20,294 bases of DNA from Nannocystaceae bacterium (GTDB lineage: Bacteria > Myxococcota_A > Polyangia > Nannocystales > Nannocystaceae): NCBI GenBank assembly GCA_044344875.1, contig JBIJCC010000154.1, forward strand, positions 1 through 20,294, written 5' to 3'. The translations under genes were made by a program, and so were the position numbers. The notes below the pieces were generated by a model, which was given only the letters and a program-made list of their open reading frames with translations, had not been told where the DNA came from and searched no databases. Positions 16,456 to 20,294 of this stretch are shown here, piece after piece (position 1 is the stretch's first letter; every line of letters begins with the position of its first letter).

Positions 16456-19400
16456 GTGGACGCGTGCCCCGATCCGTCGGCGCTCGAGGCCTTCGGGCAG
16501 GGCTCGCTCGGCGCCGCGGCCCGCGAGGCGCTCGAGGTCCACCTCGATCGGTGCAGCGCGTGCGCGACGCTGCTCGCCCAGCTCACCCAGATCTACGGCT
16601 CGGCCCTTTCGCCGGCCTCGCGCGCGGACGAACGACCCACGCTCGGCGACGCGCCGTCCGCCAGCGGCAGCGCGGAGCTGCGCGCCGACGCGACCGGGAT
16701 CCGCGTCGGCCGCTACGAGCTCGGCCGGCTGCTCGGCGCCGGTGGCATGGGCATGGTCTACGAGGCCGCCGATCCCGAGCTGCACCGTCGCATCGCGATC
16801 AAGCTGTTGCACCCGGGCGTCAGCGGCGACGTCGAGGCCACGCGCAATCGCATGCTGCGCGAGGCCCGGGCCATGGCCCAGCTCGCGCACCCGAACGTCG
16901 TCGCCGTGCACGACGTCGGCCGCATCGGCGAGCAGGTGTTCGTCGCGATGGAGCTCGTCCCCGGCACGACACTCACCAAGTGGTTGGCGTCGACGCGACG
17001 CACGCGGGCGGAGATCCTCGCGACGTTCGTGCAGGCCGGTCGCGGGCTCGAGGCCGCGCACGCGGTGGGCCTGGTGCACCGCGACTTCAAGCCGGACAAC
17101 GTGCTCATCGGCCTCGACGGGCGCGCACGCGTGACCGACTTCGGCCTGGCGCGACCGGCACTGTCGTGGCCCGAGGGCACCCACGACACCGCGGCGGTCG
17201 CCGCCGCGGCCGCGGGCCTCGGCGTCACCTCGCACCTGAGCACCGCGCACGGGGCGATCGTCGGCACGCCGGCGTACATGGCCCCCGAGCAGTGGCGCGG
17301 CGTCGCGGCCGACGCCCGCAGCGATCAGTTCTCGTTCTGCGTCGCGCTGTACGAGGCGTGCTTCGGCGCGCGGCCGTTCGGCGGCGACGGCTTCTACGAG
17401 CTCGCCGAGCAGGTGCTGCGCGGCCGCTTGGTGGCCCCGCCGCGCAGCGCCCCGGCCTGGCTGCGCGCGGCGTTGATGCGCGGGCTGCAGGTCGATCCCG
17501 ACGCGCGTCACCCGTCGATGTCGGTGCTGCTGCACGCGCTCGAGCGCGACCGCACCCGCGTACGTCGGATCGCGGGCGTCGTCGGGGCGATGGGCCTCAG
17601 CGTCGCCGCGACCGTCGGCGTGCTGGCATGGACCGCCGGCGCGACGTCGGCCGCGCCACCGTCCGTCGATCTGCCTGCGCCCGAGATCGCGACGACCGAG
17701 GTCCCGGCGGCCGCGCCACCGCGGCCCGCACCACCACCGATCGACCCGCAAGTGACCGCGTGCCTCGGACGGACGCCGGACGCGGCGGGGCGATGGAAGG
17801 ACGCGCGGCGCAGCGAACTCGAGGCTCGTGTGCGCACGATGGACGACGGCGACGCGATCGCGACCCGCAGCTTGCGGGTCCTCGACGCCTGGGCGGCGCG
17901 ATGGACCGAGCTGAGCGCGACCGCGTGCGCGCCAGTGGCCGGCGCCGCGCACGTCGACGCGCAGCGCCGCTGCCTGGCATCGGCGCTGCCGCGGTTCGAC
18001 GCGCTGATCCAGCACGCGCTCGAGCTGCCGACGTTCCAGGTCGACGACTCCCTCGCCGCGGCGGCGCTGCGCCTGCCCGATCTCGACGCGTGCAGCGACG
18101 TCGCCTGGCTCGCCGTCGCGCCGGGGCCGATCGACGCGGCCAAGCTCGGGGAGGCCGCGCTCGTCGAGGGCGAGCTCGCGAGCGCCGAGGCGCTGGTCCA
18201 CCTCGATCAGCTGACGAGCGCGCCCGAGGCCGTCGATCGGGTGCTGACGCGCGCGTTGGCCCTCGGTCACGCGCCGCTCATCGCTGCGGCGCAGCTCGCC
18301 CTCGGCGTCGCGCAGCTCGAGAAGTACGAGACCGATGCCGCCATCGAGGCGCTGTCGGCCGCCGCGACCACCGCCCAGGGCGGCGTCGACGATCGCGTGT
18401 TCGCCCGCGCGAGCCTGCTGCTCATCGAGCAGACCGCGGGCCCGCAGCAGCGACCGGCCGATGCGCTGCGGTGGGAGCGATTGCTCGCACCGCTGGCGTC
18501 ACGCCTCGGCGATCCGTGGCTCGACGGCGCGCTGGCGTTCGCGAGCGCGTCGGCGCTGCACGGCCGCGCCGAGTACCGCCCGGCCCTCGCGCAGTACGAC
18601 GTGGCGATCCGCGAGCTCGGCGGCGCGCTCGGGCCGAATCACCCCGAGGTCGCGCGCGCACGGCTCGGCGCCGCGGCGACGCACCTCGCTCTGGGCGAGA
18701 CCGATCGCGCGACCGAGCTGGCCGGCGCCGCCGATGCGGCGCCGCCGATGCGGCGCTGCTCGAGGCGGTCGGCGGCGGCGATCTCCACTACGCAGCGGCG
18801 CGGGCCATGGTCGCGCGGGCGGCCCTCGAGCGCGGCGATCTCGACGCCGCGGGCAAGGCCGCGGACGCAGCCGCGCACATCCCGTTGTTCTCGCAGTCGC
18901 TGCGCCACGATTTCGATCACGGCACCTACCTCGGCCTGGTCGGCGACGTCGCGGCCGCACGCGGCGACGCGGCCGCGGCCCTGGCGAGCTACGAGAAGGC
19001 GAAGATCTATCTCTACGTCGACGCGCCCAAGGCGACCCCGCTGCTCTGGGAGGCCCGCCTGCGCATCGACACCGGCACCGTCCGCGAGGGACTCGGGCGC
19101 CTCGACGAGGCCCTCGCGATCCTCGACGCGTCCCTCGAGCCCGACGACGCGCGCCGCATCGATCCGCTGATCGCGATCGGCCGCGCGCAACGTCGCGCGA
19201 AGAAGATCGCTGCCGCACGGGCGACCCTCGAGCGGGCGGTCGCGATCGCCGAGGCGAGCTACGGCTTCTCGGCGCGCACCTCCCTCCTCCAGCACGAGCT
19301 GGCCGCGCTCGAGGCCGAGGCCGGCAACGACGCCCGCGCCCTGCAGCTCTACGACGACGCCCACGTCGCCCTCGGCAGCGCGTTCGAGCTGCACCACCCG

Positions 19401-19571
19401 CGGGTGGTCGCGACGTTGCTCGCGCGCGCCGACCTCGCCTACGGCCTCGGTCAGCGCGAGTACGCCGGTCGGTTGTACGGATCGATCGCGGACGAGCTCA
19501 TGCAACAGCGCGGGCCCAAGGACGCATCGACGATGCGCGCCCGGGCCCGCCGTGGGCCGGACGACGGCTGA
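16456..19571 (+). pseudogene. Transmembrane Ser/Thr protein kinase paralog with N-terminal ZAS-type (H-x3-C-x2-C) motif and TPR-rich C-terminus; reading frame broken by a 14-bp tandem duplication at 18727-18754
   Basis: N-terminus VDACPDPSALEAFGQGSLGAAAREALEVHLDRCSACATLL. Kinase motifs GAGGMGMVYEA, IAIKLL, HRDFKPDNVLI, DFGLA, AYMAPE. TM helix IAGVVGAMGLSVAATVGVLAW. Frame 1 is protein-like to ...ELAGAADAA (about 18750). Frame 0 takes over at ADAALLEAVGGGDLHY... and runs to the stop at 19571. Removing one copy of gccgccgatgcggc restores a single ORF of about 1034 aa. GTG start at 16456 inferred; GTG at 16360 is an alternative. Confidence 0.8.
18727..18754. repeat. Perfect 14-bp tandem duplication (gccgccgatgcggc x2) inside the kinase gene
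   Basis: Direct reading. 14 is not a multiple of 3, and the switch in protein-like frame occurs exactly here. Confidence 0.9.
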
Positions 19572-19654
19572 GCCGAATCGCCGCGCGCCACGTCAACCCT
19601 GTGCGACCGCCCGCAACTGCTGGCTTCCTTCAGTGAGCCGTCGCGTCCGGTCCA

Positions 19655-20143
19655 CTAGCCCCCAGGTGCCGGGACACACGTCGCGTTCCACACTGCCGCG
19701 CGGTAGCAACATCTGTCGAAGTCACCTCCCCAAACGTCGCGCTCCCAGACTCCATAGCACCCGCGCATGAAGTGATCTACGGTCGGAACACACTCTCCGC
19801 CCAGTGGATCCTCGGCCGTGAAGGTGGCGAACAGCGCCTCTCCTTTGGAGCGGAGTCTGTCGTCCATATCCGGTGGGCATGCGTCACAGCTCACGGTGCT
19901 CAAATCGTCGCAGACGTCGACGAGATAGGGGCCGTTCAAGTGCGGCACGCTGTCCGGGATCGTCGTCACCGTCCACTCGCACCACGGCTCTTCTCCGAAA
20001 CCGGGCGGCGACTCTGGATCCACTGGTTCCGGATCGACGAGGGGATAGCATACATTCGAGGTGTCGTCGCCGCATCCGTTCATGCAAATCAGCACCGTCA
20101 CCGCCAGCCCGGAGATCCATCGAAGTTCGGTCCCAGGTATCAT
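19655..20143 (-). CDS. Cys-rich lipoprotein (162 aa) in a lower-GC segment
   Basis: ATG at 20143 is preceded by GGGGTGG. Signal MIPGTELRWISGLAVTVLICMNGC (lipobox MNGC). The mature part has about 14 Cys. A 60-nt spot count gave about 60% GC versus >70% in the adjacent kinase genes. Confidence 0.6.
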   Translation of the reverse strand: MIPGTELRWISGLAVTVLICMNGCGDDTSNVCYPLVDPEPVDPESPPGFGEEPWCEWTVTTIPDSVPHLNGPYLVDVCDDLSTVSCDACPPDMDDRLRSKGEALFATFTAEDPLGGECVPTVDHFMRGCYGVWERDVWGGDFDRCCYRAAVWNATCVPAPGG

Positions 20144-20294
20144 TTGCACCACCCCACGCCTGCTACGCACTTGAGGCCAGGGAATCCGCAGGGCAATCGC
20201 ATCAAAACTTAAGCAGTCTTGCGCAGATGGACCTTCGGTTTGATCCGGGGCGTGACTTGTGATCTGTTGCGGCGCATGCCGAAGAGAAGGGCGA

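Noticed and set aside
1-20294. CRISPR arrays, tRNA and rRNA genes
   Set aside because: The only tandem direct repeats (6-122, 1215-1240, 18727-18754) lack the interspersed unique spacers a CRISPR array would show, and no tRNA-like or rRNA-like conserved segments were recognised.

Overview
This is a very high-GC window that looks like Myxococcota (Sorangium/Polyangia type): a run of Cys-rich lipoproteins, paralogous membrane Ser/Thr kinases with TPR-rich tails, and an ECF sigma factor. No rRNA, tRNA or CRISPR was seen. The left 2 kb is a junkyard. It holds a 24-bp tandem repeat array, a 3'-truncated EF-G (fusA-like) gene fragment, a small Cys-rich lipoprotein, a frameshifted hypothetical gene and a 5'-truncated, frameshifted IS5-family transposase remnant. 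The standout is a minus-strand operon (2098-7320) that sits directly against the IS remnant. It encodes a full-length homolog of the eukaryotic Major Vault Protein (MVP: repeat domains, shoulder, cap-helix coiled coil), then an HD-domain protein, then an HSP90-like GHKL ATPase. The HD and GHKL genes have visibly lower GC than their surroundings. Downstream are a divergent AT-rich promoter region, a Cys-repeat lipoprotein, a WGR-domain protein, a small lipoprotein, an ECF sigma factor and a secreted protein. Next come two paralogous transmembrane Ser/Thr kinases (N-terminal kinase, one TM helix, extracytoplasmic 4-Cys plus TPR region). They flank a 724-aa cytoplasmic protein built from about nine tandem W-x2-C-x2-C...C-x2-GG-x-H repeats. 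The second kinase carries a 14-bp tandem duplication that shifts its frame. A lower-GC Cys-rich lipoprotein gene closes the window.
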